From an uncultured bacterium (lineage in GTDB: Bacteria; Auribacterota; JABMQX01; JAFGEW01), in NCBI GenBank assembly GCA_965369835.1, contig CBDUSE010000001.1:4393-68392 (forward strand): a DNA stretch of 64,000 nt. The letters run 5' to 3'. The first letter of the stretch is position 1. Each line of letters begins with the position of its first letter. The position numbers were made by a program, and so were the translations under genes. Below, one piece after another: positions 37,933-47,628 of this stretch. The notes beneath the pieces are model-generated. The model was given only the letters and a program-made list of their open reading frames with translations, was not told the DNA's origin and searched no databases.

Positions 37933-38027
37933 TCGCACCTTTTCGGGGTGAAAAGAGCGGGTACACAACTTGCTCATCTGCGTTGCACGCCTGTTTGGGA
38001 CACCCATTTATCACAAGGGAAGTCGGG

Positions 38028-40031
38028 ATGGAGAGCGTGCCGAACATCATCGGCGCTTCGGATTCGATCGAGGTCATGGCCCAGGGCCGTCCCGGGCCCG
38101 GCGCCGGTCCGCCGGGAGATTTCCTGGCCGTCTTGCTCCAGAGCCTCCCTGATAAGCCGCATGAGCCGCCGGTACCGACCCGGCCCAAGCGGGAGGGCCG
38201 CTTCTTCGAGGACGACGTGTCGCCCGACCGGCCCTTTGCTCCTACGCGTGAGGCAGTCAGGACGGAATCGCCGATCCGGCCCGAGGAAGTGAGTCGGCCT
38301 GATGAGCTGCTCGCTGAAGCGGAGTTAGCACCCGAGTCGAAAATCGCCGGCCGCATAGCTTTTTCCGACATCCCTTCGACGCAGCCGAAAGAGAAAGGGG
38401 AAGGCCGGGCAGAGACTATTCCGACAAGCACTTCACTCATCAACGCACAAGAGCGCGGCGTGATCGCAGTCGAGGCTCGGATCGTGGTTGGTGAGCTAAA
38501 GACGGACATATCTTCCGAGGCACTCAGGCTTGAGGAAGCGGCCGCGGGTGAGCGAGCCAAGGTCGCGGCCGAGGGCGATCGAGCCGAGACGGCAACCGAG
38601 ACACCCGGCTCCAGTTCATCGGGCGATGCCTCGAGGGGAGGACTTCAGCCGAACGCCGTGCCCGAGCGTGCGGCGCCGGTGCAGCACCTTCCCGAGGGTC
38701 CCGAAGAACCGGATGCTGCTCGCGCATTCCTGCGTGGCGACGGAGGCCCCCCGGCAGACTTGATAGAGGCAGGGGAACGCTCAGACGTCGTCGAGGCCGG
38801 CGAGGCGCCGCCCACCAATGTGCGGGCCACGGTTTCGCTCCAACAGCCGGGCGAGCTTGTGGAGACCATGGAGATCCTCGTCGAGGACTCGCCGGCCGCA
38901 GTCCAACCCTCATCCGGACCGGTCGCTCCAAACGCTTCGCTCGAGCAGACAGCGGCGCGAGTGGTGGTCGCCACGGAGGATGCGCCGCTCGATGAGGCCG
39001 CTGCCGAGGGGAAAGAGACGCCGCATGTTGATGAGGCTCCCACGCCGATCGAGACGAAGCCGCTCGAGCGAGAAGTCCCAGAGAACGCGCGCGAGTTCAC
39101 GCTGCGGCAGATGCCCGATGCCCCGGACGAGGGGGCGCCTGAAGAAGTTCAGCCGCCTCCGGACGAAGCGGGCAGAAACGCGGGACACGTGCTTGCAGAT
39201 TCGCGCGTGCCCCGGCCTGGTGCGGGACACGGGGTGGAGCCCGCAGCGCACGAGAGCGCGGCCCGCGACGTGACGCTCACGAGTGCTGAAGCCGAGGAGA
39301 CTATGCTGCGCGCGCTTGGCCCGCGAGACCAGGCGCCGGCGAATCCATCAACGGCTTCGCCGGACGCCGTGTTGTCCGCCGAATTGTCGTCGGGCGCCGA
39401 CGGCGCCGGCAATGAGGGAAAGCAGGCCGCCCTGCGCGCCTTCGCCTCGAGCGTGAGCACGCCCGAGAGTGCCGGCGCTCCGGAGGGGGAAGCGACTGAG
39501 CGGCTCGACGCGGTGTTCAAGCAGGTGCTTTCGACCGCGGCGTTGCCGCTTGATTTGCGCCAGCGGATCGAGCTTGCCCGTTCGATCGGTCGCCAGGTGA
39601 TTCGCAGCGCGGTGGTCAGCGTCAAGAACGGCCAGACGCACGTTGTGCTGCAGCTCCGGCCGCCCTCGCTCGGCGCGGTACGGATGCAGCTTACCACCGA
39701 GGGTAAGGCGGTTTCAGTGAGGCTCAGCGTCGAGAACGAGCTCGTGCGCGGCGTGGTCGAGCAGCACCTCTCGCAGCTCCGCTCGGTCCTGCTTGAGGAG
39801 GGTTTCAACCTCGAGCGGTTCGAGGTCTCGGTGCGCAGCCAGACCGGTTCCGACGCGTGGGTTTCCGGGCACGCCGAGGGCAATGGACGGCGCGAGGGCC
39901 GCGCCGACGCCGCCGAGCGAGACGAAGCGCACGACAAGCGTGCGTCCGACGAGCGCACCGACGAGGCGCCGCTTAGCGTCGCGGCCGGTTCGGCCTTGGT
40001 CCACGATGGAACTGTTGACTACTTGGCATAG
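38028..40031 (+). CDS. fliK: Flagellar hook-length control protein FliK
   Basis: Long Pro/Ala/Glu-rich region and a C-terminal Flg_hook domain (GQTHVVLQLRPPSLGAVRMQLTTEGKAVSVRLSVENELV). Start at MESVPN, with an AAGGGA SD. Confidence 0.8.
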   Translation: MESVPNIIGASDSIEVMAQGRPGPGAGPPGDFLAVLLQSLPDKPHEPPVPTRPKREGRFFEDDVSPDRPFAPTREAVRTESPIRPEEVSRPDELLAEAELAPESKIAGRIAFSDIPSTQPKEKGEGRAETIPTSTSLINAQERGVIAVEARIVVGELKTDISSEALRLEEAAAGERAKVAAEGDRAETATETPGSSSSGDASRGGLQPNAVPERAAPVQHLPEGPEEPDAARAFLRGDGGPPADLIEAGERSDVVEAGEAPPTNVRATVSLQQPGELVETMEILVEDSPAAVQPSSGPVAPNASLEQTAARVVVATEDAPLDEAAAEGKETPHVDEAPTPIETKPLEREVPENAREFTLRQMPDAPDEGAPEEVQPPPDEAGRNAGHVLADSRVPRPGAGHGVEPAAHESAARDVTLTSAEAEETMLRALGPRDQAPANPSTASPDAVLSAELSSGADGAGNEGKQAALRAFASSVSTPESAGAPEGEATERLDAVFKQVLSTAALPLDLRQRIELARSIGRQVIRSAVVSVKNGQTHVVLQLRPPSLGAVRMQLTTEGKAVSVRLSVENELVRGVVEQHLSQLRSVLLEEGFNLERFEVSVRSQTGSDAWVSGHAEGNGRREGRADAAERDEAHDKRASDERTDEAPLSVAAGSALVHDGTVDYLA

Positions 40032-40045
40032 AGGACGCGCGAACG

Positions 40046-40870
40046 ATGGACTTGCCGGCTTCATATTACGTTCCTCCGGCCGACTCGACCCAGTACGGCA
40101 CGTCGGCCGGATCGAGCGACCCGCGGGCGCTCGGCAAACACGACTTCCTCAAGCTGCTCGTGGCGCAGCTCCGCTACCAGGACCCGATGCAGCCTTTGAA
40201 CAACGCGGAGTTCATGTCGCAGATCGCGCAGTTCAGCACGCTCGAGGAGCTACAGAACCTCAACGCTGCGTTCGAGCGGTCCGCCTTTGTCCAGAAGCTC
40301 ACCCAGGCTGCGGGCATGGTCGGGATGCGCGCACAGGTGCACGACCCGGTCTCGGGCGAGCTCATCACGAGCCCGATCACGGGGCTGACGATCCAGGGCG
40401 GCGACGTGTACTTCATTATCAACGAGATCGCCTACCGGTTCGAGGACCTCGTCGAGATCTACGGGCCGCAGAGCGCGATCGAGGATCAGCTCGAGTACGG
40501 TCTCGGGCTGATCGGCAAGACCGTCACGATCGAGGATGCGGACGGCGTCGAGCACACGGGCACCGTGTGGGCCATCGAGGTGGACGAAGGCAAGGTGTAC
40601 GTCCGCATCTCCGACGACGAGGACCACTACCCGATCGAGGACATCGTGCAGGTGAGCCAGCCCGGGCCCGGCGCGTTGAGCGCCGCTGAGGTCGCCGAGG
40701 CGGCGGGCCTCATCGGCAAGTACGCCAGGGTGGAGCATCCGAATACCGGAGAGATCGTGGAGGGCGTGATCGAGGGGATCGCCTTCAGCAACAACAGCGG
40801 CCTCCACGTCACCATCAACGGCGGCCACTACAGCTACGCGGACATCATCGAGATTGTGTCGAACCCGTAA
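40046..40870 (+). CDS. flgD: Flagellar hook assembly/capping protein FlgD
   Basis: FLKLLVAQLRYQDPMQPLNNAEFMSQIAQFSTLEEL is the canonical FlgD N-terminus. Confidence 0.9.
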   Translation: MDLPASYYVPPADSTQYGTSAGSSDPRALGKHDFLKLLVAQLRYQDPMQPLNNAEFMSQIAQFSTLEELQNLNAAFERSAFVQKLTQAAGMVGMRAQVHDPVSGELITSPITGLTIQGGDVYFIINEIAYRFEDLVEIYGPQSAIEDQLEYGLGLIGKTVTIEDADGVEHTGTVWAIEVDEGKVYVRISDDEDHYPIEDIVQVSQPGPGALSAAEVAEAAGLIGKYARVEHPNTGEIVEGVIEGIAFSNNSGLHVTINGGHYSYADIIEIVSNP

Positions 40871-41036
40871 CAAGAAAACTCGCGGCGCATACCCCACAGG
40901 GAACGAGGGCGATGCGCGGCGGGAGCCGCGGCGCGCGAGTGGCGCACCGCACACAACATCGAAACAGAGTTGGGCGGTCACGGAGAGGCGTCAAACTCGA
41001 GCTGTCGTCGGACAGCACTGAAGGAGGACCTGACAC

Positions 41037-42275
41037 ATGTTGCGCTCATTGTTCACAGGCCTGACGGGTCTCAGGAGCTCCCAACTCGGCATGGATGTCA
41101 TCGGGAACAACATCGCCAACGTCAACACCGTGGGCTACAAGAGCTCTCGCGCCACCTTCAAGGAGATGCTCTTGCAGACCATACGCTCGGCCTCGTCCGG
41201 GGGCACCGGCGTCGGCGGCGTCAACGCCATGCAGGTGGGTCTCGGCGTCGCGGTGGGCAGCATTGACCGCAACCTGCTGCAAGGCGTGCCCATGGTGACC
41301 AACCGGCAGACCGACTTCTGCATCGAGGGCAATGGTTGGTTCATCCTGAGCGACGGGTCGAGCAACTACTACTCGCGGGCGGGCAACTTCGACGTGGACT
41401 ACAACGGTTACCTCGTCTCGCCGTTCAACGGCTACCGCGTGCAGGGCGTGGCGGCGGTCAATGGCCAAATCCCCGCCAACGGCAACATCAGCGACATCCA
41501 GATCCCGTACGACTCCGTTATGGCGCCGGTGGCCAGCAGCCAGCTCGACTTCGGCGGCAACCTGGACGGGCGGGCGGCGGTCGGCGACACTTACTCGACC
41601 CAGGTGGACATCTACGACAGCAGGGGCGGCAGCACGACACTGACGGTCACGTTCCTCAAGACCGACAACAACATGTGGGACGTCTCGCTCGACGTCGCCA
41701 CCGGCACCGATCCGGTCGGCTTCGAGACGCTGCGCTTCAACGGCGACACCGGCTTGATGTCCGGCACGAGCGAGTTCAACTTCACCTGGACCCCGTTTGG
41801 CGCAAGCAGCCCGCTGACGCTCACGCTCGACTTCGGCACCGACGGTTCGGTGGACGGGCTTACGCAGTTCAACAAGGACGCCTCGCCCACGGTGACCAGC
41901 CGCAACGGCTACACCTCCGGGTCGTTGAAACGGTTCCTCGTCGATGAGAGCGGGGTGTTCACCGGCATCTTCTCGAACGGTGAGCAGCAGGCCATCGCGC
42001 AGCTCTACCTCGCGAACTTCAACAACCCGGCCGGGCTCTTCAACCTCGGCGGCGGGCTGTTTATCGAGTCGCCCAACTCGGGGCCGGCGGGGATCGCCGC
42101 GGCCAACGCCGGCTCGAACGGCAAGATCGTTCAGGGCACGCTCGAGATGTCGAACGTGGACCTGGCCGAGGAGTTCACCAACATGATCATCACCCAGCGC
42201 GCCTTTCAAGCCAACGCCCGTGTGATCTCCACTTCCGAGGAGCTGCTGACCGAGCTGCTGAACCTGAAGCGATAA
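41037..42275 (+). CDS. flgE: Flagellar hook protein FlgE
   Basis: MLRSLFTGLTGLRSSQLGMDVIGNNIANVNTVGYK, and the C-terminal ANARVISTSEELLTELLNLKR. Confidence 0.92.
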   Translation: MLRSLFTGLTGLRSSQLGMDVIGNNIANVNTVGYKSSRATFKEMLLQTIRSASSGGTGVGGVNAMQVGLGVAVGSIDRNLLQGVPMVTNRQTDFCIEGNGWFILSDGSSNYYSRAGNFDVDYNGYLVSPFNGYRVQGVAAVNGQIPANGNISDIQIPYDSVMAPVASSQLDFGGNLDGRAAVGDTYSTQVDIYDSRGGSTTLTVTFLKTDNNMWDVSLDVATGTDPVGFETLRFNGDTGLMSGTSEFNFTWTPFGASSPLTLTLDFGTDGSVDGLTQFNKDASPTVTSRNGYTSGSLKRFLVDESGVFTGIFSNGEQQAIAQLYLANFNNPAGLFNLGGGLFIESPNSGPAGIAAANAGSNGKIVQGTLEMSNVDLAEEFTNMIITQRAFQANARVISTSEELLTELLNLKR

Positions 42276-42331
42276 ACTACGGCAGGCTGCGTGAGGGCGC
42301 GGGTGCGCGCGCGTGAAGCACGGAGGGCCGC

Positions 42332-42589
42332 ATGATTAAGCTGACGCGGCTGGACAAGAAAGAACTGTGCATCAACCCGGACCTGATCAAGACGGCCGAG
42401 GCGATCCCGGACACGATCATCACGCTCACTACCGGCGAGCGGATGTACGTGACCGAAACCGTTGAGGAGGTCGTGGCGCGTTTCGTGGCGTACCAGCACA
42501 TGATCCGCGAGCGGCACGCACGGGGCGTGCTCGCGCCGCCCGCCGACGATGGGATCGCCGCCGAGCACGTGGCAGCAGGCTTGCCGTAG
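42332..42589 (+). CDS. flbD: Flagellar protein FlbD
   Basis: MIKLTRLDKKELCINPDLIKTAEAIPDTIITLTTGERMYV matches FlbD. Confidence 0.8.
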   Translation: MIKLTRLDKKELCINPDLIKTAEAIPDTIITLTTGERMYVTETVEEVVARFVAYQHMIRERHARGVLAPPADDGIAAEHVAAGLP

Positions 42590-42609
42590 CCGCAGGGGCG
42601 AGGTAGAGG

Positions 42610-43407
42610 ATGGACATCACCACCGTCATCGGGATCATTCTCGGCTTCGTGCTGGTGAGCAGCGCCATCGCGATGGGCGGCGGTGCGGCCGGGTTCATTC
42701 ATGTCCCCTCGATGCTCATCACGATGGGCGGCACCGTGGCGGCCACGATGATCGCCTTCTCGCTCAAGGAGCTCACGGGCGCCGCCTCGGTGACCCGCAA
42801 GGCGTTCTTTCACAAAGCCGACGACATTCCGGGAATCATCAGGACGATGCTCCGCTTTGCGCTCAAGGCCCGGCGCGAAGGGATCCTCGCACTCGAAGGC
42901 GAGGTGGAGACGGTGGACGACCCGTTTATCGTCAAGAGCCTCCAGCTCGCCATTGACGGCACCTCGCCCGAGATCATGGAGGAGGTCTTGCGCACGGAAG
43001 TGCAGCGCATCGAGGACCGGCACGGTCTTGGCCAGCGTCTCTTCAAAGCGATGGGGTCGTACGCCCCCGCGTTTGGCATGGTTGGCACGCTCATCGGCCT
43101 GGTGAAGATGCTCGGGAATATGGCCGATCCGTCAGCGCTCGGGCCGGGCATGGCGGTTGCGCTGATTACCACGTTCTACGGGGCGTTGACGGCGAACCTG
43201 GTCTTCCTGCCGATCGCGGCGAAGCTCAAGATGCGTTCGGAGCAAGAGCTCCTCGTCAAGGAGGTCATCATCGCCGGCATCCTCTCGATTCAGTCCGGCG
43301 ACAACCCGCGCATCGTCGAGCAGAAGCTCCAGGTCTTCATCGCGCCGAAGCAGCGCACCAACGCGCTCGAGGAGGTCTCCCGTGGCGAGCGGAAAACCTC
43401 CGGCTAA
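42610..43407 (+). CDS. motA: Flagellar stator protein MotA
   Basis: Four TM helices and the conserved plug/loop region. 265 aa. Confidence 0.9.
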   Translation: MDITTVIGIILGFVLVSSAIAMGGGAAGFIHVPSMLITMGGTVAATMIAFSLKELTGAASVTRKAFFHKADDIPGIIRTMLRFALKARREGILALEGEVETVDDPFIVKSLQLAIDGTSPEIMEEVLRTEVQRIEDRHGLGQRLFKAMGSYAPAFGMVGTLIGLVKMLGNMADPSALGPGMAVALITTFYGALTANLVFLPIAAKLKMRSEQELLVKEVIIAGILSIQSGDNPRIVEQKLQVFIAPKQRTNALEEVSRGERKTSG

Positions 43408-44173
43408 GAAGCAGGAAGAGTGCGAGGCGGGGTCGCCGGCGTGGATGACCACGTTCGGTGACATGATGACCCTTCTGCTCACGTTTTTTGTGTTGCTGGT
43501 ATCCATGTCAGTGATCCGCGAGGAGGAGTTCGAGGCGGCCAAGAAGTCGCTGCGGGAGGTGTTCCTGTACGGCTACTGGAAACCGACTCGGACGCCGATC
43601 GAGTCCGAAAAGGAGCAGCTCGAGGCGGAGCGGAGCAGCCCCGAGGCGGGAAGCAAGGGCCCGGACATCTCCGAGGAGACGGCGGTTCAGCGCATCAAGC
43701 AGGAGATTGATTCGCGCCTGGAACAGATCGGCCTGGGCGGCATGATTACCTCGTACATCAACGTGCGGGAGGTGCGTATCCGGATTCCGGACCGGATCCT
43801 GTTCGGTGTGGATTCCGCCGAGCTCAAGGACCTGTTTGCGTTCGAGGTGCTCTACGGGATCGCGCAGGTGCTCAAGGACATGGACTACTGCATCAACATC
43901 GAGGGCCATACCGCCGACAGGGACATCGTTGGCGGGGAGTTCAAAGACCTGTGGGAGCTGTCCGCGGCGCGGGCGATCACCGTGCTGCGCTATTTCGAGG
44001 AGAACGGGATTGATACGAATCGCCTCGCGGCCGTGGGCCACGGTTCGACTCGCTCGGTCGAGGACAACAGCACGTTTCGGGGGCGGGCCCTGAACCGGCG
44101 CGTCGAGATCGTGGTGAGGGACGTCAACCCGAAGGATCTTCAGGAGCGGTCGAAGCCGGACCGTGGGAGGTAA
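43382..44173 (+). CDS. motB: Flagellar stator protein MotB (OmpA-like peptidoglycan-binding C-terminus)
   Basis: WMTTFGDMMTLLLTFFVLL with the conserved Asp, and an OmpA domain (NIEGHTADRD...SAARAITVLRYF). Confidence 0.9.
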   Translation: MASGKPPAKKQEECEAGSPAWMTTFGDMMTLLLTFFVLLVSMSVIREEEFEAAKKSLREVFLYGYWKPTRTPIESEKEQLEAERSSPEAGSKGPDISEETAVQRIKQEIDSRLEQIGLGGMITSYINVREVRIRIPDRILFGVDSAELKDLFAFEVLYGIAQVLKDMDYCINIEGHTADRDIVGGEFKDLWELSAARAITVLRYFEENGIDTNRLAAVGHGSTRSVEDNSTFRGRALNRRVEIVVRDVNPKDLQERSKPDRGR

Positions 44174-44176
44174 CCG

Positions 44177-44704
44177 ATGCCGGTCGAAAAGTTTTCCGAA
44201 GAGGGGGAAACCGCCCAGAGTGGGGCGGCGGAGGCGTCCTCCGATGAGGGAGTTCTCAACACCGGCGGCGGCCGCGCGTTGCTTGGGCGGCTCAAAGTCC
44301 CTGCCGGCGTCGGCGTTGCCCTGGCTCTTGTCGTCCTAGCATACTTCTTGCTCACTGGGCACTGGGGTCGGCCGAAGACCGGCTCGTCCGGAGGCGACGG
44401 CACGTTGGTGCTGCTGGAGCCACAGACGATCAGCCTTGCGGAGCCCGGCACACATCTCGAGGTACGCATCGTGCTCGAAGCGTCCTCAACCGAGTTCTCC
44501 GTGCTCTTGCGGCGGCGCACGGCGCAACTGGCCGACATCGCCATTACGGTCATCAGCACCAAGAAGATCGGCGAGATCGACTCCGAGCTCGAGCGCAACC
44601 GTCTGAAGCGGGAGCTGGCGGACGCGATCGGCCAGCGGCTGCGCTCGGATGATGCGCATATAACAAACGTGTACTTCACGCGTTTCTATTACAGGTCGAA
44701 GTGA
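44177..44704 (+). CDS. fliL: FliL-family flagellar basal-body-associated protein (paralog 1)
   Basis: Single TM helix plus a FliL-like C-terminal domain (HLEVRIVLEASS...RLKRELADAIGQRL...NVYFTRFYY). Confidence 0.55.
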   Translation: MPVEKFSEEGETAQSGAAEASSDEGVLNTGGGRALLGRLKVPAGVGVALALVVLAYFLLTGHWGRPKTGSSGGDGTLVLLEPQTISLAEPGTHLEVRIVLEASSTEFSVLLRRRTAQLADIAITVISTKKIGEIDSELERNRLKRELADAIGQRLRSDDAHITNVYFTRFYYRSK

Positions 44705-45240
44705 TGTGGAAGTCGGCGGACGGTGACAAGGACGCGGGGGGCGACGCCAAGGGTGCGGCCGCCGCCGCGTCGAAAGGCGCTGCGGACGAACCGGCCAAGG
44801 GCGGCCGCTCGCTTCTCGGCAAGAAGCTGATCGTGCTGCTCGTGGGGGGGCTCGTGCTCGCCGGGGGCGGCATCGGCGCCGCCAAGTTCCTTGGCCGCGG
44901 CGGCGGCGAGGAGAAGCCGGAGAAGAAGAAGAAGGTAGTGGCGCCGCTGACATACGAAGTTGCCGACCTCGTGGTCAACATCCTCGATACGCGCGACACG
45001 CGCGTGCTCCGCTTCGTGATCCACCTCGAGGTGGACAATCCTAAGGCGCTCGACGAGCTCAGGTTGCGCGAGGTGGTCTATCGGGACGAGATCCTCGAGA
45101 TTCTCCGGTCGAAAACGCTCGATGACCTCAAGTACCCGGGCGACAATGCGATCAAGCGCCAGATTCGTGATCGCCTGAACCGGATGATGGTCAATGGGAG
45201 CGTGGTCGAAGTGTACTTCAAGGAGTTCCTGATTCACTAG
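44701..45240 (+). CDS. fliL: FliL flagellar basal-body-associated protein (paralog 2, canonical)
   Basis: PLTYEVADLVVNILDTRDTRVLRFVIHLEVDNPKA...LRSKTLDDL...VVEVYFKEFLI. Confidence 0.8.
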   Translation: MMWKSADGDKDAGGDAKGAAAAASKGAADEPAKGGRSLLGKKLIVLLVGGLVLAGGGIGAAKFLGRGGGEEKPEKKKKVVAPLTYEVADLVVNILDTRDTRVLRFVIHLEVDNPKALDELRLREVVYRDEILEILRSKTLDDLKYPGDNAIKRQIRDRLNRMMVNGSVVEVYFKEFLIH

Positions 45241-45263
45241 CGGTCAGGAAAGGCTCGAGGCAC

Positions 45264-46235
45264 GTGTCGGATATCCTTTCACAGGAAGAGATTGATGCCC
45301 TGCTCGGGGCGGTGGCGACCGGCCAGGTCAAGGTCGAGGAGAAAGAGCATATCGTCATCGACAAGGCCTCGATCACGAACTACGACTTCCGCCGGCCCAA
45401 GCTCATCAGCAAGGACCAGATGCGGACCCTGCATATGCTCAACGACACGTTCGCCAAGGCGTTTGCCAACACGCTGTCGCTCTACCTCAGAACGATCGTC
45501 AATGCGAACCTGGCGCTCGTCGAGCAGTTTACCTATGGCGAGTTCATCATGAGCTTGCCGAACCCGACGTGCATCTCGGTCTTCAGCATGCAGCCGCTCG
45601 ACGGGCTGGCGATCCTCGAGATCAACCCGGTGCTCGTGTTCGTCATTGTGGACCGGCTGCTCGGCGGGGGCGGCCAGCCGCCCAAGGAGATCCGTGAGCT
45701 CACCGAGATCGAGAACCAGATCATCCTCACGGTGATCAACATGGCGCTCGACAAGTTCCAGGAGACCTGGAAGCACGTGACCCAGGTGCGCTGCGTGCTC
45801 GAGGGGCGCGAGTCGAACCCGCAGTTTGCGCAGATCACCACGATGACCGACAACGTGCTGCTGATCACGCTCAACGTGGAGATCGCCGACAACACGGGGA
45901 TGGTCAGCCTGTGCATTCCGATCAGTACGCTGGCGCCGGTGCTTGGCAACCTGAGCGCACAGAAGTGGATCTCGTCCGCGCAGCGCACCACCAGCGCGGG
46001 CGGGCAGTGCACGCAGTTCCTGGAGGAGACGGACGTTCAGTTGAGCGCGATCCTTGGGACTTCGGAGATGAAGATCAATGAGCTGATCAATGTGCAGCCG
46101 GGCGATGTGGTGGTGCTCGACAGGCACGCCGAAGAGGATATCGTGTTGAACGTTGAGAACTCGCCGAAATTCTACGCGAGGCCCGGGATCATTACCGGGC
46201 GCCGCGGCGTTCAAATTGTCCGTACATTCGAGTAG
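45264..46235 (+). CDS. fliM: Flagellar motor switch protein FliM
   Basis: N-terminal CheY-P binding motif LSQEEIDALL and the FliM middle domain. Confidence 0.92.
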   Translation: MSDILSQEEIDALLGAVATGQVKVEEKEHIVIDKASITNYDFRRPKLISKDQMRTLHMLNDTFAKAFANTLSLYLRTIVNANLALVEQFTYGEFIMSLPNPTCISVFSMQPLDGLAILEINPVLVFVIVDRLLGGGGQPPKEIRELTEIENQIILTVINMALDKFQETWKHVTQVRCVLEGRESNPQFAQITTMTDNVLLITLNVEIADNTGMVSLCIPISTLAPVLGNLSAQKWISSAQRTTSAGGQCTQFLEETDVQLSAILGTSEMKINELINVQPGDVVVLDRHAEEDIVLNVENSPKFYARPGIITGRRGVQIVRTFE

Positions 46236-46266
46236 CGAACCGGCCGATAGCGAAGGATAGGGGACC

Positions 46267-46824
46267 ATGGGCGACAACGAACTATCCCAGGATGACATTG
46301 ACACGCTGTTCGATAAAACCGGGGCAGCGTCCGGGGAAGGCGCCGGTGGAGAGGACAAGGCCGCCCTTGCCGAGCAGACCGCTCCCGCCGAGCAGGCCGC
46401 CCCCGCAGCGGTCGCGGAGTCGAGTGACGCGGTGCACGTGCGCCAGAAGGCAGGTTTGTCAGAGGTGTCAGTCAGTGTGGCGACGAGTCCCAACGAGAAA
46501 GAACAGGTGGACACGCAGCCGGTCGAGTTCTCGCAGTTGACGGGCCAGGCCGGAGCGGGCGAGGTCCGCAAGATAGACTTCCTGCTCGACGTGCCGGTGA
46601 CGATCACCGTCGAGCTCGGGCGCACCGCTATGGTCATCCGCGACGCGATCAACCTTGGCAGCGGCTCGGTCGTCGAGCTAAACAAGCTCGCCGGTGAGCC
46701 GGTGGACCTGCTCATCAACAACAAGCTCGTGGCGCGCGCCGAGGTCGTCGTGGTCAACGAGAACTTCGGCGTCAAGGTCATCGATATCGTCTCGCCCGAG
46801 GAACGCCTCCGCTACCTCAGGTAG
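46267..46824 (+). CDS. fliN: Flagellar motor switch protein FliN
   Basis: C-terminal SpoA/FliN domain (IDFLLDVPVTITVELGRTAMVIRDAINLGSGSVVELNKLAGEPVDLLINNKLVARAEVVVVNENFGVKVIDIV). Confidence 0.9.
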   Translation: MGDNELSQDDIDTLFDKTGAASGEGAGGEDKAALAEQTAPAEQAAPAAVAESSDAVHVRQKAGLSEVSVSVATSPNEKEQVDTQPVEFSQLTGQAGAGEVRKIDFLLDVPVTITVELGRTAMVIRDAINLGSGSVVELNKLAGEPVDLLINNKLVARAEVVVVNENFGVKVIDIVSPEERLRYLR

Positions 46825-47013
46825 GGCCGGCCCCGCTTCGTCGCGAAACTCGACAAGCGTTCTCGTCGTATCGCATTTCTCGACGGCAAAATCTTCCCGC
46901 CCCCCTCTTCCTCTCCTTTCCCTGGGCCTCTCCTTCGTTGGTATAGGACTTGCTCAATCGTGCCGGTGAGGGGGCAAAAAGGTCCGGGTCGTTTCGAAAG
47001 GAAGGAGAACACG

Positions 47014-47619
47014 ATGCTGCGCACGCTGTCATGCCTGGTCGCCGCGCTGATTGTCGTGTCTGTTGTGCATGCCCCGCTCGCCGCCGGCGTGGACGCCGAA
47101 GCCGCCGGCGTGGACGCCGAAGCCGCCGGCGTGGACGCCGAAACCGCCGGCGCAGACGCCGAAGCCGCCGGCGCGGACGCCGAGACGACTGGCGCTCCCG
47201 AGGTGATCGAAGGCGGCGAGGCGGACGACACGGGCGGGTTCCTCTCCTACGAGGAGCCGCCGGCGCACCCGCGCCGGAGCTTCGCGAGCCTCATACTGCG
47301 GCTCGTGCTCTCGATGGCGGTCATCCTGGGCCTCATCTACGGCGGGCTCATGCTCGTGAGACTGTTGGCGCGCAAGGCCAAGGTGGCGCCCAAGTCCGAG
47401 AAGCTCATCCGCATCGTGGATCGCGCGGCGCTCGACCAGAAGCGAGCCGTCTACCTCATCAAGGTCGTTGATCGCCTCCTTGTGGTGGGCGTCGGGACGA
47501 ACGAGATCCGCACGTTGGCGCAGATCGAGGACGAGACGGCGATCGAGAACGTGCAGGAGACCGAGTTCACGGGCCACTTGCAGTCGTTGCTCGGCCGGCT
47601 TGCCGGCCGCCGGAACTGA
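47014..47619 (+). CDS. fliO: Flagellar biosynthesis protein FliO/FliZ
   Basis: Sits immediately upstream of fliP, with a signal/TM segment and a TM helix (LVLSMAVILGLIYGGLMLV). ATG at 47014 with a GGAGAA SD. Contains an AAGVDAE heptad repeat region. Confidence 0.65.
   Translation: MLRTLSCLVAALIVVSVVHAPLAAGVDAEAAGVDAEAAGVDAETAGADAEAAGADAETTGAPEVIEGGEADDTGGFLSYEEPPAHPRRSFASLILRLVLSMAVILGLIYGGLMLVRLLARKAKVAPKSEKLIRIVDRAALDQKRAVYLIKVVDRLLVVGVGTNEIRTLAQIEDETAIENVQETEFTGHLQSLLGRLAGRRN
47080..47184 (+). repeat. Five tandem copies of a 21-bp in-frame repeat (GCCGCCGGCGTGGACGCCGAA and variants) encoding (AAGVDAE)n inside fliO
   Basis: Direct reading: three identical units and two diverged units. Confidence 0.85.
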
Positions 47620-47628
47620 GGCACGCTC

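Noticed and set aside
40871-41036. Sigma54 promoter upstream of flgE
   Set aside because: Candidate TGG motifs (TGGCGCACCGCACAC, TGGGCGGTCACGG) lack a GC dinucleotide at the -12 position.
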